Shown: positions 52,200-64,000 of the stretch, one piece after another | How positions within the stretch are numbered: the first letter of the stretch is position 1 | Layout: every line of letters starts with the position of its first letter | Source: Lama glama | Taxonomy: Eukaryota | Reading direction: 5' to 3' | DNA length: 64,000 bases | Assembly (NCBI GenBank): GCA_028534125.1 | Contig: CM052818.1 | Coordinates: forward strand, 15,564,001 to 15,628,000 | Position numbers and translations under genes: made by a program | The notes under the pieces: generated by a model | The model's input: the letters and a program-made list of their open reading frames with translations, nothing else | Databases searched by the model: none | Told to the model about the DNA's origin: nothing

Positions 52200-53830
52200 T
52201 CTGTTACCTTTGATTTTCTGGCTAACCTTAAGGTGATATTCTTTGTCTTCAGTTTTCTGTAGTTCTACATAATGATAGGTATGAATTTCTTTTTTTAAAA
52301 ATTTTGATTAAGATCCTTTGGCTTCTTGAAGCCATGGGAAAATGCACTTTCATTTTTTCTGGAAAATTTTAAGCCATGTTCACCTTAAATAATACCTCTA
52401 TCCTATACTCTGAGCAGCAAAGTTCTAGGTAACTTCTGATCTTTTTATACACTTGTTCTTTTTTTCAGCAGTGTTTAATTTGGTGTTAAATCCACCTACT
52501 GAATTTCTAATTTGGGTTACTATTTTGTTTTAGTTCCAGAATTTCTATTTAGTTATTTTTCAAGCATACTGTTTTACTTTTTATAATTTCCTACAGATAC
52601 TCAAAAGCATGTCTTTTATTTCTTTAAAGATAGTAAGTATAACAATATGTTTTTCATATTTTTTCACTCATTCCAATCTGTTTCTCTTTTTTACTGCTGC
52701 TTTTCTTTGTTTCTGTATGTGCTCAGTAATCTCTGCATTTGAAATATTATTTGTAGAAATAATTTGAGGCTTAGAATAAAGCTCCATTCTAAGTGAGAAG
52801 ATTGTTGGTTACTTCTGTAATCTGTCTGGGGCTCATTGCCAGTCTGAGAACATTTTCCAGTTTATCTGGAGTATAAGCATCTTCACTGCAAGTTCATGTA
52901 AGAGGCAATTTACAAATTTCTTAAAAAAATTTAAGTTTTCCCTGATAGCATAGCCATTCAGAAGCTTAGTATATCAGATGGACTCTCCGCTAGGAGACCC
53001 TGTGTTTTAAGTGGTGTCCTCTTAGCCTCATAAGAACACCAAAATGAAAGCTCAGTTTCTTTTGTTTGTTTGTTTTTAAAACAAAAATGCTAAAGGGCTC
53101 TCTTGCCCAAACTTTATTTTTTTCTTTTTCCGTACATACATATTTTTATTGAAGTATAGTCAGTTTACAATGTTGTGTCAATTTCTGATGTACAGCATAA
53201 TGCTTCAGTCATACATATGCATATGTATATTTGTTTTCATATTCTTCTTCACTATAAGTTACTACAAGATATGGAATATAGTTCCCTGTGCTATACAGTA
53301 TGAACTTACTGTTTATCTATTTTATATACACATATATAAGTATCTGCAAATCTTGAACTCCCAAATTATCCCTTCCCATCTCCTTCTCCCCTGGTAAACA
53401 TAAATTTGTCTTCTATGTCTGTGAGTCTGTTTCTGCTTTGTAAATAAGTTCATTTGTCTTTTTTTTTTCTAGATTCCACATATAAGTGTTATGCGGTATT
53501 TTTCTTTCTCTTTCTAGCTTACTTCACTTAGAATGACAATCTCTTAGTCTATCCATGTTGCTGCAAATGGCATTGTTTTCTTTATACAATGGAATACTAC
53601 TCAGCCATAAAAAATAAAATAATGCCATTTGAAAGCTCAGTTTCTTAGCCTTTTATTTCTAAATGGGAAAATGCCCTCAGGAAAAAGGTTACTATAAGGC
53701 TTGACTCTAACTTTCTGGTTTCTCAATTCTTCTAGGATTTTGGCTTGGTAATTCCTTTATTTTTTTTTTAAAAAAAGCTCTCTGGTGCTTTTTAAGTTTG
53801 TCCTAAAAAGGACAGTTGCTCTAAATTTCC
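52200..53830 (-). mobile_element. HAL1/old L1 ORF1-type fragment, interrupted by a young L1
   Basis: ctttgtcttcagttttctgtagttc..., ttaaatccacctactgaatttctaattt...ttccagaatttctattt typical of antisense L1M ORF1/HAL1. Confidence 0.6.
53062..53629 (-). mobile_element. Young L1 3' fragment with 5' inversion and probable 3' transduction
   Basis: 17-bp TSD tgaaagctcagtttctt at 53045-53061 and 53630-53646; L1 3'UTR on minus at ~53145-53580; inverted plus segment 53581-53630. Confidence 0.9.
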
Positions 53831-55049
53831 TAGTCTGCATTACTAGAAGCAGGTGTTTCAGCTCCATACACTTATCAATTTTTATTTTTATCTTGACGTT
53901 CAAAGCTGTCTTTCCCTTGGACTGATATGAAATATTCCTTAAATAAACATCTATTACTGGTACTAAGACCCACACCCAGCAACTTATTAAAATCCAACTC
54001 TTGGCTTTGCAATCCAAAGTGGCAAAGACTGTTCAACATTTCAGTGTCTTGGTCCTTTTCTAGCTGCACTGCTCCCAGAAAACACCAATAATCCTTCCAA
54101 GTTGGAGAACTGAAGCGAGATAGTCACTTTAAGGAGAAAGGAACTAGAGGCTGCATGCCCTTTAAAATGCCTTGAGTGACTACTAACACTGTAGTTGAAC
54201 AGATGAAAATCACCAGTGTGACAACAGGTACCTAGCCATTCCCTGGTTCCCAGTAGTACTGACTCTGGATTAAGGCCATCTAATTTCTGACTCAGTTGCA
54301 TTGTTTAGTTTCCTCACTCCTTACTAACATGTTTCTTATGTCTTCGGGTGAAGGAAAGTTGCTATTAATCAGAGAAAATCTTGATACTGAAAGGTCATGT
54401 TTATAGTCAACATAGCAAACACTCAGGTTTTGGTTCTGCCAACCCCTGGAACACAGGAACAGTAGAAGTTTATTATCATTTACCTATCTCACCAAAACTT
54501 TAGCACCATTTCACCAAACATCCATCTCATATCAGTGAACTTAATTCCCACTGCCTTGGGTTTAAAAGAACATTTTGTTGTTTTCTCTGCCAATTACTTA
54601 CTCTTTGATTAATGAATGCTTTCCTGGATACATTGCTTGATTTTTTTTTTTTAAGTAAGCAGTAAACATAGGGTTCCTACCTCCACCTTTGTTCAAATGA
54701 TGACATACCTTTTTAGATTTCATTTAGCAACTGCTCATATTTACAGAAACTTACATATGACATTATATAATTAGCACTGATATCATCAACCATCTGTTGA
54801 TGAGCCCCAAATTTTATGAGTACCAAGCCAAAAGGACGAATTAAATCTGTGTTCGAGAAATTTTGAGAATAATATAAAAGGACTCATTAATTAGTCAGAT
54901 CCACACACTTTTGACCTGTCCATGCTTTTGACCTGTGAGCATACTCAGCACCATTTAACAAGGACTTACTGAACCATAACTTTCTGCTCAGAATGCTGGG
55001 AATAAAGTAAAAAATATGGTATCTGTCTTTAAAAGATAAAATATATCTT

Positions 55050-55760
55050 TCAAAGATATACTTGAAGAATAAGATATACAAGCTGAAGTGAGAAGAGGTG
55101 AGAGGTGGTAGAGGTTAAGGGGCCACATTAGGGACAACATATTAGACAAACACATGAAGGATGAGCATGTTCAAAGTCTCTGCTGGAGACTAGTGGGACA
55201 AAAGCCTGGATAAAAAGTTCTGATACTACTAAGGACCAAAGAAATTCATCTATAGAATTCATAATTTATCATCCACTCTGGAGTCCTTCTAAATTTTCTG
55301 GAAAAGAAATGGCGTGATGAATGAGCTTATGGCCATTAGATATTTTCCCAGTATGTCTAATAGAAAATGAATGAGTTGGTGTAGGGTACATCCTGGAATC
55401 TTAGAGAAGCAAAATTTGGAGAGCACTTTAACAGCTGCATGCTTTTACATAGATATGCTATGTCAAAATGGCACAAAGATGTTTTCAGAAAAAGGGATCA
55501 TCAGGTTCAACCTCTGGATATTCAGATTTAGTAAGTCTGGTAAAAGTACCCGAGATTCAGATGCAGAAGTCTTGAAATCACTAATTGAGAGAGAAAATAA
55601 ATGCCAGACTAAGGCAATAGCAGAAATGGAGAGGAGATTTACTAAAAAGTGTTTCCTGAGAGGAGCCTCAGTAGTATTTGGATTCAGAACATGAAAAGCA
55701 ACAGAGATATAGTGTATCAAAGATGATTCTGATACTGTCACCTAATGGGTACATGACAAA
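55050..55760 (-). mobile_element. L2 fragment (diverged)
   Basis: gagcatgttcaaagtctc...tactaaggaccaaagaaattcatc...gtatcaaagatgattctga. Confidence 0.45.
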
Positions 55761-58209
55761 TCTTGATTAAAATGTTAAGTGCATTGAATCAATTAAAGTT
55801 AGAGTAATAGAAGAAAGAATCGACAGAACTCAAACCATTAGTCCTTAAACTTATGGAGAGAATGGGAAATAGCAAAACTACAACAGAATAACAAACCCCT
55901 AACCTCCCTTGACATGACTGGTAATTTAATTATCATTGGCAATCAACTACATAGAAAAGAAATCTACAATCATGGAGGAATTGATCACATTTAATTTCCC
56001 TAGATGAATAGCTCAAGAAAGCAGAAATACTTTGATATTATTATCAAGGAGAAATTATACCTAGCCTGAATTTTGAGGGAATTATTTTCTCTCTACAGGC
56101 AGTTTTCATTTGTGTTAATCTTTGAAATGGGTCAGTCTGGAAGCAGTGAAATAAAGAGAAAAATCAATTTGTAGTGCATGACCATAAGTCAGGACATTCA
56201 GGCTTTTTTATTAACTCCTAATGAGTGAACTACTTTTTGGAATGAGGGAGGAATGCACAAACAATCTCAGTGGATTACCTCAAGCAAGTCACTTATTCTC
56301 CCTCAGCTTGTTTCTTTACCTAGAAAGAGAGGGAATTGGACTAAATGCTCTCTGAATCTACTCTGGTTCTAACCTGTTTCCACAGTATCAGCTGAATGAT
56401 TGATGTTCTTAAACGACCAAATGTGCTGTGTATATTAGAATTAAAGAAATGCGAGAGGCTCATAAAAAGCCCGGGAAAGAGGATAATAGTACAGTATACA
56501 TTACAATATGTTGTCCAGTTCTTTCCTTTCCATGATTTAGTGTTTATTATTTATTCTTGGAAGAACAGAGAGAGAGAGAATTTAACTATCATTATTAATA
56601 TCATCACCATCATCACTTTTTTAAAGAGTGTGACAATTCAGCAAGTGTCATTATTATTTTCTTAAATGCTGTTATGTAAATTGCACTAGCACAGACAAAT
56701 CTTGAAATTCCTCAGGGATTTCCCAGATAGTTTCCCAAACTAGAGTTTTCCTATAGGATAGCCAATGAAGCATTTATTACAGCCACTAAAATGAATAAAA
56801 ATTCAAAAAAAATTCTATTTTTGACAGGAAGAAAGATGAAAATAATAACATGTCATCCTAGTTTAAACAGTTATCAACTTCAGTGAACTGTATAAGCTCA
56901 TACTAATGTGACACTTAAGCATGCCTTTGTCTTGCATCCACACATTTAGTGTTTGCAGCACAGGACTATCCACAAGGCATCTCTACTGATAGAAACGACC
57001 ATGAACAGATATCCCAAAGCTCCCAGTAGCTGCTGCTTCTCCCAGACTTACGATTTCTTCCCTCATTAGTCCTCCTTAGGGTCTTCCCTCCCGATGGTCA
57101 CCTGTATTTCACTTTATCCATGAGAGGGTGTGCTCACCGCTAGTAGCTTCCTTCCATCTCTCTAGGCTGCATGAATGCACCAGGAGGGAGCACATATCCA
57201 ACTGTGGTGGTTTGGCCATGGGACCACTGGCTCTCTGTTCTGTTTGGCCATTTGGATACCTCAGAAAATATGCAGATATGCCTGGTCAAGCAAACTCATG
57301 GAACATACTATTTTTGCTTCATTTGTACAACATATTTGGATTGGGCCAACAGTGATTTTATCTCAGTCAGACAAGTAGAGTTAGGGAATTACTTGAAAGT
57401 CTTTTGTGTACTCTAGGCAGACTAATTCTCTGATTGCTAGGATCTTCAGGTCACTTCCTAACATTGCGCAATATTAAGGAGCACTGAAACTGATGTCAGG
57501 GGTCCTAGGAGATCAGTTGCAAAGACTTTAAGCCTTGTCTAGAAGTATTTTTCAAAGATGCACAGACTAGCTGGATGGACCCTCAAAGGCGACTAGGCTG
57601 AAAGAAAATATAGAAGACTTCCTTGGACTGAAGCCAAGGGGAAAAATGTAGTGGAGTGGGCCAGAAAGACTCTCACAGCATAGCTAGTCGGAGGGAGCAG
57701 GGGAAGCTTCAAGTACATTCTGGGCTACACTCAACTTGCCCTTACTGTGTGTTTGCTGGGAAAAGGACCCCTTTAATAAAGGAAAGAACTGTGTCACTAG
57801 GATTCAACAGCTATGATCTTGGAATATTCTTAGAAAGAGCTGGTCAGGAGATGCTCACACCTAGGAAACTGGGTAAAGAGACTGAGTATAGGATTCTAGG
57901 CAAGGAGGCAGGCGTGGGCAGAGGCAGCAGGCTTGGGCTCAGGTAGGAGACCCCCTCCAGAGAGTTCTGCACAACCTGCAGAGGTACACTTTTATAGTTA
58001 CACAAGCCAGCTGACTCTTGGTATTCTCCGAAACAGAAATCACTGGGAAATACTGATCTTGCTGATATAAGGAGCAGGGGACTAGGAACATTGACACTGG
58101 AGTATTGTGACCAATCTGTACATACCGACAGGTCACAGTCAAGGTGTATTGGTCATGTATATCCTTTAGCTAGCTTGGTCACAATATTAAAAGCTAAATT
58201 TTTGGAGGT

Positions 58210-58445
58210 TGTATAATGTGCCTAGTACTTTTCTAAGTGTTTACCCTGGATAATCCATGTAATATTCAAGATTAAACGTTCACACTTCTGTGTAGTTGGG
58301 GTTATTCACATCTTCTAGGTCAGGAAACTGAAATGCAGAGAGGTTAAGTAACTTGCCCAAGATCACACAGCTGCTAAGGGTGGGGATGAGATATAAACCT
58401 GGACATCCTAAATCCAAGAGGCATGCTTTTATTCATAATACCATA
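58210..58445 (-). mobile_element. MIR SINE
   Basis: ggaaactgaaatgcagagaggttaagtaacttgcccaagatcacacagct. Confidence 0.88.
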
Positions 58446-60344
58446 CTTTCTTTCTTGACAATCAATTGTTTACTGTTTCATCTGAGGAAATGAGCACTGT
58501 CACTATAAGACCACCACTGTTGTCTATACAGTATATATATGCAATCTTTTTTTTCCCCCCAATTCTCTTCCTTACTGTCCCTGATTATTAGGTCTGCTTT
58601 TCCAATGTACAATGAATGCTATGGCCTATTACATAATGTAAATGGCTCAAGCAACCAGTTCATTGGTGGAGAAAGTAAATAGACCATTATTTTTCATAGG
58701 AGATAATTAAAGTTGTCCATATTTATAGAATCTCCTATTTGCCCAGAGTCCATGGCTGTCCCAGGACATCTAGCAGATATCTTTAATTTACAAATTGCTG
58801 TCTTAATGCTTTCTTCAGGAGCTCTCAGCGCCAGGCAAGATAATTGCTTCTGTTTGAAGTAGTGCCCTTCTTTTCAAATAGGAGTTAATTTAGGAAGCAG
58901 GATGCTAGACACCTTGATTATATAACACTCCTTAGCATACAGATCCCTTGGCACCCTTGCTCTGGTCACTGTTGCTATCACTGCAAAGTAGAGGGTGACG
59001 CCTAGGACTCTACACAGCCTGAGAAATGACAAAACCTCCAAACAGAGCTCTGATACCATTTACCTAAAGTACATGGATGGCCCTGTCAGTGAGGACACCA
59101 TCACCACCTCGTGTCCCATCCACCACATGTGTCTCAGGTGAGGCCAGATGTAGCCATCTTCACTATGGTCGGGTGGCCAGTTTCTTCTGGACTCATGAGG
59201 ATGAAAAAAAAAGAGAAACTTCTACTTTTTGGACCATATTTAAATCTTATGGACAAAAGAATTAGGAAATGTCTAAGTAGAATAGGCAAGGAAATAAAAT
59301 CAAACTACTCTACAGCTGTTTTAATTCTACCTCATCCATTTCTCTTGAGCTAGCACTAATGTCTGTATCATGTATGAATTTTTAATCAAGGTAAATTACT
59401 CAATTAGTGCTCTGTCTACCTGGAAAACTGCCTATCATTCAATGAGCATATGAACTATGTCTTTAATGAGAACGGTGAGCTCTCTTTTTACTTCTAAAGG
59501 AGCAAAATCATATTGCTACTTTGCAATTCAGAGCTGGTTTTGCTGTTGTCTGCTGCCATATTCTTGACTGGCATTGATGTATGAGAGAAGTTACTGAAGC
59601 CTTCTGCATCCTTAGAATGTGAGCTGAATATATGAGTCAGGAAAAATCTCTCCAACACAAGGTAATAAAAAATACAATTTAGTATTGTTTCACTTATGAT
59701 CAGGCAAGGCAATAAGACTCTCGTATTACATTGCCCCAAATCCTGCATAAACTATTCCAAGTGTGTGTATTTTAGGTAAAAGACTGTTGTGTATTTTCTA
59801 TTGAAACGAACAGCTCCCCGCAAGGGATCAAATAGACAGCGATTTACATTTACCCAAAGGGGGAAGCTCTACATACAACGGTGTTACTGTAACAAGTAAA
59901 ATGTAAATTGTGTACTCCAGAGACCAGAGGGCACAACTCTGACTTCAGAGGTTTTCAAGTCAAGGAACAGTGCTATTCCTTTCCTAACGTTGTCAGTTAA
60001 GATTACAGCGAATTTGGAGGATAGTGATAGTACCAGATCCAGAAAGACGTAAACTTGTGAATTACTAACAAAGATACTGGAATATTGCTTTGGTTTTCAA
60101 TATAAAGTGTCTCTATCCCGGAGGGGAAGATGTAGTTTAGCACTGCTCCCAGCAACACATCTTGCTCTTCTTACTAGTTTCACTCATTAGATTTCATAGC
60201 ATTTCACTAGTGCTGTTTCCCTCTCTGTCTTTATTCTCCCTTAAAAGAGTCATTTGGAAGAAACTGATATCATGGGCAATAGAAACCTTTTAGTGAATGT
60301 GGCCTAGAAACTGCATGTGGTACGACAAATTCTATAACAGATAT

Positions 60345-60555
60345 AGGGCCTACGCTGAGTGCCAGGTACTGTTTCAAGAGACCTAACATAGGTTTAATTT
60401 TCACAACCCTGCTTGGCGGATGCTGTTGCCACCCCCCATTTTACTGCTTAGGAAACCGAGGCACAGAAAAGCTAAGTTACATTTCACAGGGGCAAAAAAC
60501 AAAGGAATGTGGGTTTGAATCCTCACAAGCCAGTTTCAGAGACTGTGCTTTTAAA
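60345..60555 (-). mobile_element. MIR SINE
   Basis: ccccattttactgcttaggaaaccgaggcacaga. Confidence 0.8.
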
Positions 60556-60572
60556 CTGGGGTAGATATGTAA

Positions 60573-60691
60573 TGGGTTACCATCCAAATTGAGATAATTT
60601 TGAGAGTTAAAGGGGGCCCTGCTAATCATTACACTGGGAAAATAGGTGCAAACTGAGATGATCCCAGGCAAACAAGGGTATATGGTCACCC
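60573..60691 (-). mobile_element. MER94 (hAT-Blackjack MITE)
   Basis: Terminal inverted repeats gggttaccat / atggtcaccc; internal ttttgagagttaaagggggccctgctaatcattacactggg. Confidence 0.8.
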
Positions 60692-61769
60692 TCCTCTTAA
60701 TCTCCATTCTGTGCTGCCCCGAGTTTACTACCACACTTCCTTAGTTGCCAAATGGAGTATTTACACAGGGTAATTGTAGCCCTGTAGTAAACATAGGCAT
60801 TTTATCATTTATAGAAGCAATATATAGATAACTAGTAAGTACTTTCATTAGTAATGAATCCATTTCTCAGTTTCCATTACAATATAGAAAATGGGCTACT
60901 ATTAAGGGTGCCACCTTATCTCCGTATTTCCCATTTTCAACTGTCCCTCAACTTCCTTATCAGAGGAAATTAGCCACATCCCTCTTACTTAAGAAAGATT
61001 TACTGCCGTAGGAATGAAGCCCAACTTTATAAATTCCCATGGCATAGTCATCCATTGCAAAATAAAGCTAATGATGACAAGTCAAAACAAATTAAGCAGT
61101 GTCAGGTTTGTTAGTCTTCTGCTATAACAACATTACTTCTAGAATGCAGATTAGGCTAAATTGTCATTAAGGCAACATCACAATACCTTATTTTAATGAA
61201 AATAGATTTAAAATTTATTTCTAACTCATTGAATAGAGTTACATGTTAAGAGATTGATGGAGTCTTTCCTAAGGACAATGAGGATTTATTGGAAAAATCT
61301 CATTTGCAGAGAATAACTAAATCTCAGCTGATGTCTGTAGAATTCAACTACTCAGAGTTAGAAAATTTTCCACACATGAGAAATTTTCTTCAAATGAAAT
61401 ATATGAAGTAGCCATAAGTCAAATGCAGGGTCATTATGTGCACAAATTGGCTCTTATTATAAATGAGACTAAAGAATCTGAGCTTTAAGCAAGCCCATTG
61501 CAATAAATGGGCATATGAAAGAACTTTAAGACTAATCAGAATGTAGGTTCTACATTCCATCTAGAGAAGAGTCTCTGTAAAAGCCTGTATACACTAAACA
61601 ATTATTTATTTTGAGCTCAGATGTCAAGATATGGCATATGTTGGATGAATTGTAAGAAATACTCACTCCAGTATCTTTGCCATTCAGTGGAGGGGACGGG
61701 AAGAGAAATTTGCTATTTGCCTAAGCAATTATGTGGCACAATCAATTGGTTAAAGGTTAAAATATTAAA

Positions 61770-63195
61770 TGCCAGAGGGTATCAGCAGGAATGGTGGGGT
61801 AGAGATCTCTGGAAATTGGCTCCCCATAAAAATCAATGAGAGCAGAAGAATTATGTGGAGATTCCCATGTCTGTAAGGTGCTTTTAAAAAGCTCTGATAC
61901 ATACTTAGGAATCTAGAAGTCCTTGCACATGGGCTATGTGTATGCCCTGAAAAAACCTAAGAAGGCCCTAAACTCTCAACTTGAGGCTCTGTGCAAACAG
62001 GAAGTGAAAGCTAAGGTGGAATTGTAACATGCCTGCTGGAGTGTTCAAGGAATGCCCGACAATTAGAGCTCTCTTGTGGCTCTAATCTCTCCTTCCTTTA
62101 TGCTGTTATTGTCATAAATTGCACTCATATAAATTGTGTGCTTATCAATACAGATTTATAATTACTGCTTTATATAGTTGTCTTTTAAATCAGACAGGAG
62201 AAAAAAGGTTATACAACAAATATGTATATTGTCTTTTTTAGTCTACATTGTCATGTACTAAGTATTAATCCTATACTTCTTAGTAACTATAAAATTTTTT
62301 TTAAATATAGCAAATACAAAACAAAGCAATTAAAATGGTGCACTAAAAATCACTTCTTTAATACAAATCAAGGCATTAATAGAGGAGTATGGAAACAAAA
62401 GCTCATAAGACATATAAACAAATAGCAAATGAAAGATGTAAGTTATACCTTATTATGAATAATTAACATTCCAATTAAAAGGCAGAGATTAGAATAGGTT
62501 TTTTAAAATGTAAAGAATGGAAACTATATACCAAATAAACAGTAAACAAAGAGATCTGAAGTGGCTAGGCTAATCCTAGAAAACATAGTTTTAAATTAAA
62601 AAAAAATGCTTCTAGAGAAAAAGAAAAATATTTTCTAATGATAAAAGTTAAGCCCATCAAGATGACGTAACAATTATAAACATATACAGACCTAACAACA
62701 GAGCTTCAAAATATATGGAACAATATCTGAAAGAATTTTATAGAAAAGACAGTTCATCAATAGTAGTTGGTAATGTCAATATCTCATTTTTAACAACGGA
62801 CAGAAAAATTAGCCAGAGGATCAACAACTGGAACTCTATAAACCAACGAGACTCAACAGACACCTACACAGCACTCCAGACATCAACAGCAAAATACATA
62901 TTCTCAAGTGCACATGAAACATTATCTAAAACAGATCTTATATTATCCCAGGAAACAAATCTTAATATATTTAAAAGGACTGAAATAATACAAAGTATGT
63001 TTTATGACCATAATGTAAAAAATTAGAAATCAATAGCAAAGGGAATTTTGGATAAGTCATACATGTGTGTGGAAATTAAACAGCACACTCCTAAATGACC
63101 AATCCATCAAAGAAGGAATCACTAGGAAAATTAGAAAATACTTTGAGATAAATGAAGATAAAAAGGTAATATCACACTTACGAATTACAGTGAAA
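61770..63195 (+). mobile_element. Old L1M 5' portion (5'UTR piece, inverted inter-ORF piece, ORF2 endonuclease)
   Basis: ORF 62715-63026 IVVGNVN..YIFSSAHETLSKTDLIL..EIIQSMFYDHN matches the L1 APE endonuclease domain; degenerate. Confidence 0.85.
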
Positions 63196-64000
63196 TGATT
63201 CCTGCCCACACAGAGTTTTGACTGCAGCAGGTAGAGATATATAAATAAATTGTCCTATCAGTCATATTAGGTAGTTCCCTTAGAGTTCGCTCCTATTGTG
63301 CAAAATAGTTTCTATCTGTATCACCGTCTTTCATCACAGTTCACAGTATTGTCCATTCTATCACATGGTATGTTTTGAGGAACAGACTTCTCTTTGGTAA
63401 GGAAAAACTAACAAGATTTTGTCAGCAAAACAAGATCATACTGGTTCTTCATCTTCCCTCCTTCCAAGAGAGGCAAGCTGGGACGAAGGTCCTCTGCTGG
63501 ATATACAACATGCACCTACAAACCAGGAGAGGGAGTCCTCCCTTTGCGATTCTTCCTTTTCATAAGTAAGTGTGGAAAAGCATTGTTTCTAGTGGAGGAA
63601 TACTCAGAACACTTTGGTCCACGATAGTCTGGATTTTTGTGCCGCCTGTTTAGAGGTAGTCTCTGAGAAGCTGGAACTTGCACCTAGAACACTCTCCAGT
63701 GCTGATTTGTGTTCCCAGACAGTGGGGATTTACAGTCTCCCACCTTCATTCCTCCATCTCCTATCTGAGGGAGGGAGCCGATCAAGCCATGGGAAGCTGA
63801 CATGGGTACAAGGTGCAGTACTGGATCCTGCTAGCTCATTGTTCAGGAAAAGTGGAAAATATTTATCTCAATCCCAGTTTGGGCTCAAGGGACTCTACTA
63901 TTAACTGAATCAATATCCTCTATTTCATATGACTTTTTAGCATATCTCAAAGTTACTGATTATCATATTTTAAAATAAGAAAAAAATGTAAATGAGTGAA

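Noticed and set aside
54064..54228. Exon-shaped segment (ccttttctag| ... acag|gtacct)
   Set aside because: Stops in all three frames; a non-coding exon cannot be supported without transcript data. The same applies to ~59500-59661.
55042..55060. AT-rich palindrome tatatcttt-c-aaagatata
   Set aside because: Expected by chance in AT-rich DNA of this length.

Overview
AT-rich, repeat-dense eutherian genomic DNA. The young L1 3'-UTR type and the lack of primate, rodent, ruminant, pig or carnivore SINEs suggest a camelid (inference from recalled consensus sequences). I cannot support any protein-coding gene, RNA gene or CRISPR array, so the window reads as intergenic or deep-intronic. It is a mosaic of young 5'-truncated L1s with target-site duplications (TSDs), old L1M/HAL1/L2/MIR fragments, hAT MITEs, solo LTRs, a decayed class I ERV pol fragment and a 500-N assembly gap. 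The most notable observations are: (i) two independent 5'-inverted L1 insertions that break at the same L1 nucleotide (…GCCATTT) and duplicate the same motif; (ii) a probable short 3' transduction; (iii) a perfect 37-bp direct repeat 786 bp apart in unique DNA; (iv) a CpG-rich LTR-like element with two adjacent hairpins and a C16/G16 tract. Repeat family names were assigned by eye and boundaries are approximate unless fixed by a TSD. Nothing here convincingly amounts to a new biological system.
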